This document shows, one piece after another, positions 62,763-64,000 of a stretch of 64,000 nucleotides of DNA (within the stretch, counting starts at the first letter, position 1; the number at the start of each line of letters is the position of its first letter). A model generated the notes under the pieces. That model was given only the letters and a program-made list of their open reading frames with translations. It did not search any database and was not told the origin of the DNA. The stretch lies in IMG/VR virus record IMGVR_UViG_3300035193_000045; one strand, 5' to 3'. The translations under genes were made by a program, and so were the position numbers. This stretch comes from a virus.

Positions 62763-64000
62763 TCATGCAGCTAATCGCAATCCACGTTTTTCAGACCAAT
62801 TGGTTAATGTATATTCCGAGTCTACTATTATAGGAATAGGTTTAAATTCTTCATAGTCTTCCATTACTGTTTTAACTATTTTACAAAATTTAGGCAACAC
62901 ATCTATACAACAATCGTATTGTACTTCATCATGAATCGTACAAACTGGAAAAACTAAACCTTGTAATCCTTCAGCTATAATTGCTTTATGAATCCGAACA
63001 AGAGATTCTTTTGTTAGTTCTCCCGCACTACCTTGTATAATTGTAGCAATAGATTGCCGTTCAGCCCTACTTCGATCTTTTATATTATAACTATTAATAT
63101 TAGGAATTCTTCTTGGTCGCCCAAATACATTAGTAAAATAACCGCTATTATTTCGAATGTATTCCCAAAGATTCTCTCTAAATAATTTGACACCATGATA
63201 TCTTTCAAAAAATTTATTAAGAAATTCCCTGGCTTCCTCAACTGTTATATTTGCTGCTGAAGCGAAATGAAATTCGGTCATTCCATAAGATAAACCAAAG
63301 TTAATTACTTTGGCTAATCTGCGAAAAGCCTTATCCTTATTTCCAAATACTTCTAAAGAAGTCCTGGAATGAATATCCTCACCATTTAAATAAGCTTGCA
63401 CCATTACTGGGTCTTGTGAATAGTACGCTAATATACGCAATTCTATTTGCGAATAATCCCAATATATACGTGGCCAAGACTTATCTCTTACTATATAAGA
63501 CCTTCTAATAGACCAAGGATCTATTCCATTATGCTCTAAGTCAACACCACTGTGCTCAATTGCTCTGTCATCGTCATCAGTAGGTTGATTTTGTAAATTA
63601 GGATTTCTGCAACTCAATCTAGACGCAATTGTTCCTATTTGCTGAAAATCACAATGCACTAGATTTTTAGAATCCATACAATGAACAATAGAATCAGTAT
63701 ATGTATTGGATAATTTATCAGCTTCTTTCCATTTAGATATAAGGGGTAAAGCAGGATGGTAACTTGAAAATGTTTTTAAAACGTCATTATCCACCGATAA
63801 TTGAAATTTTTTTGTTTGTTTAGTTAAAGGTAAAGCTAAATCATTTAATAAAAAATTACGTAATTCATCATCAGAAGCTATATTAAAATTACGTATTCGC
63901 ATATTATGGAATAAATTTTCTTCTATTTGCGACTTAACTATTTGTAGTTTACTCTTTAAATCAAAAAGATAATCCGTATCAATAGGCATGCCATTTTCTT
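62763..64000 (-). CDS. polA: family A DNA polymerase, polymerase domain (probably continues beyond the right edge)
   Basis: Motif A DYSQIELRILAYYSQD, motif B RRLAKVINFGLSYGM, motif C VCTIHDEVQYD. The frame stays open upstream of the ATG at 63989 to the window end. Confidence 0.85.
   Translation of the reverse strand, partial: ENGMPIDTDYLFDLKSKLQIVKSQIEENLFHNMRIRNFNIASDDELRNFLLNDLALPLTKQTKKFQLSVDNDVLKTFSSYHPALPLISKWKEADKLSNTYTDSIVHCMDSKNLVHCDFQQIGTIASRLSCRNPNLQNQPTDDDDRAIEHSGVDLEHNGIDPWSIRRSYIVRDKSWPRIYWDYSQIELRILAYYSQDPVMVQAYLNGEDIHSRTSLEVFGNKDKAFRRLAKVINFGLSYGMTEFHFASAANITVEEAREFLNKFFERYHGVKLFRENLWEYIRNNSGYFTNVFGRPRRIPNINSYNIKDRSRAERQSIATIIQGSAGELTKESLVRIHKAIIAEGLQGLVFPVCTIHDEVQYDCCIDVLPKFCKIVKTVMEDYEEFKPIPIIVDSEYTLTNWSEKRGLRLAA

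Overview
AT-rich, gene-dense segment of a large tailed dsDNA phage (or the interior of a prophage). About 115 tightly tiled CDS sit almost entirely on the minus strand, with frequent TAATG/ATGA stop-start overlaps and strong GGAGG-type SD sites. Two module types are recognisable. Head morphogenesis: a fibre-like fragment, major capsid, scaffold and prohead protease at 0-4.6 kb; a MuF-family protein, portal and three giant multi-domain polyvalent proteins at 13-27 kb; large terminase at 48.6-50.6 kb. Replication/recombination at 51-64 kb: DnaN-type clamp, RuvC, SbcCD, RecA/UvsX-like, gp32-like SSB and a family A polymerase truncated at the right edge. Between them lie long runs of small unknown genes, including a tandem paralog array (34.3-39.6 kb) and a CxxC-rich block (30.5-34.3 kb). 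The most notable observations are: (1) an 8.4 kb regulatory/accessory island that splits the head module and carries a REC-sigma factor cassette, GC-rich foreign-looking genes, the only plus-strand gene block, and two of three sigma54-type -24/-12 promoter elements that share a conserved leader; (2) a recurrent AGGTAT / GGTACTTAA palindromic motif in about 9 intergenic gaps; (3) perfect 80-bp and 70-bp nucleotide repeats encoding a shared peptide module in the three giant proteins; (4) a K-R-x-[PA]-I-K tag at the N-terminus of many DNA-acting proteins; (5) a hairpin-rich non-coding locus with a candidate anti-SD sRNA beside an XRE regulator with a duplicated promoter cassette. No rRNA, tRNA, CRISPR array, integrase or transposase was recognised. 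All function calls rest on motif recognition by eye; no database search or folding program was run.
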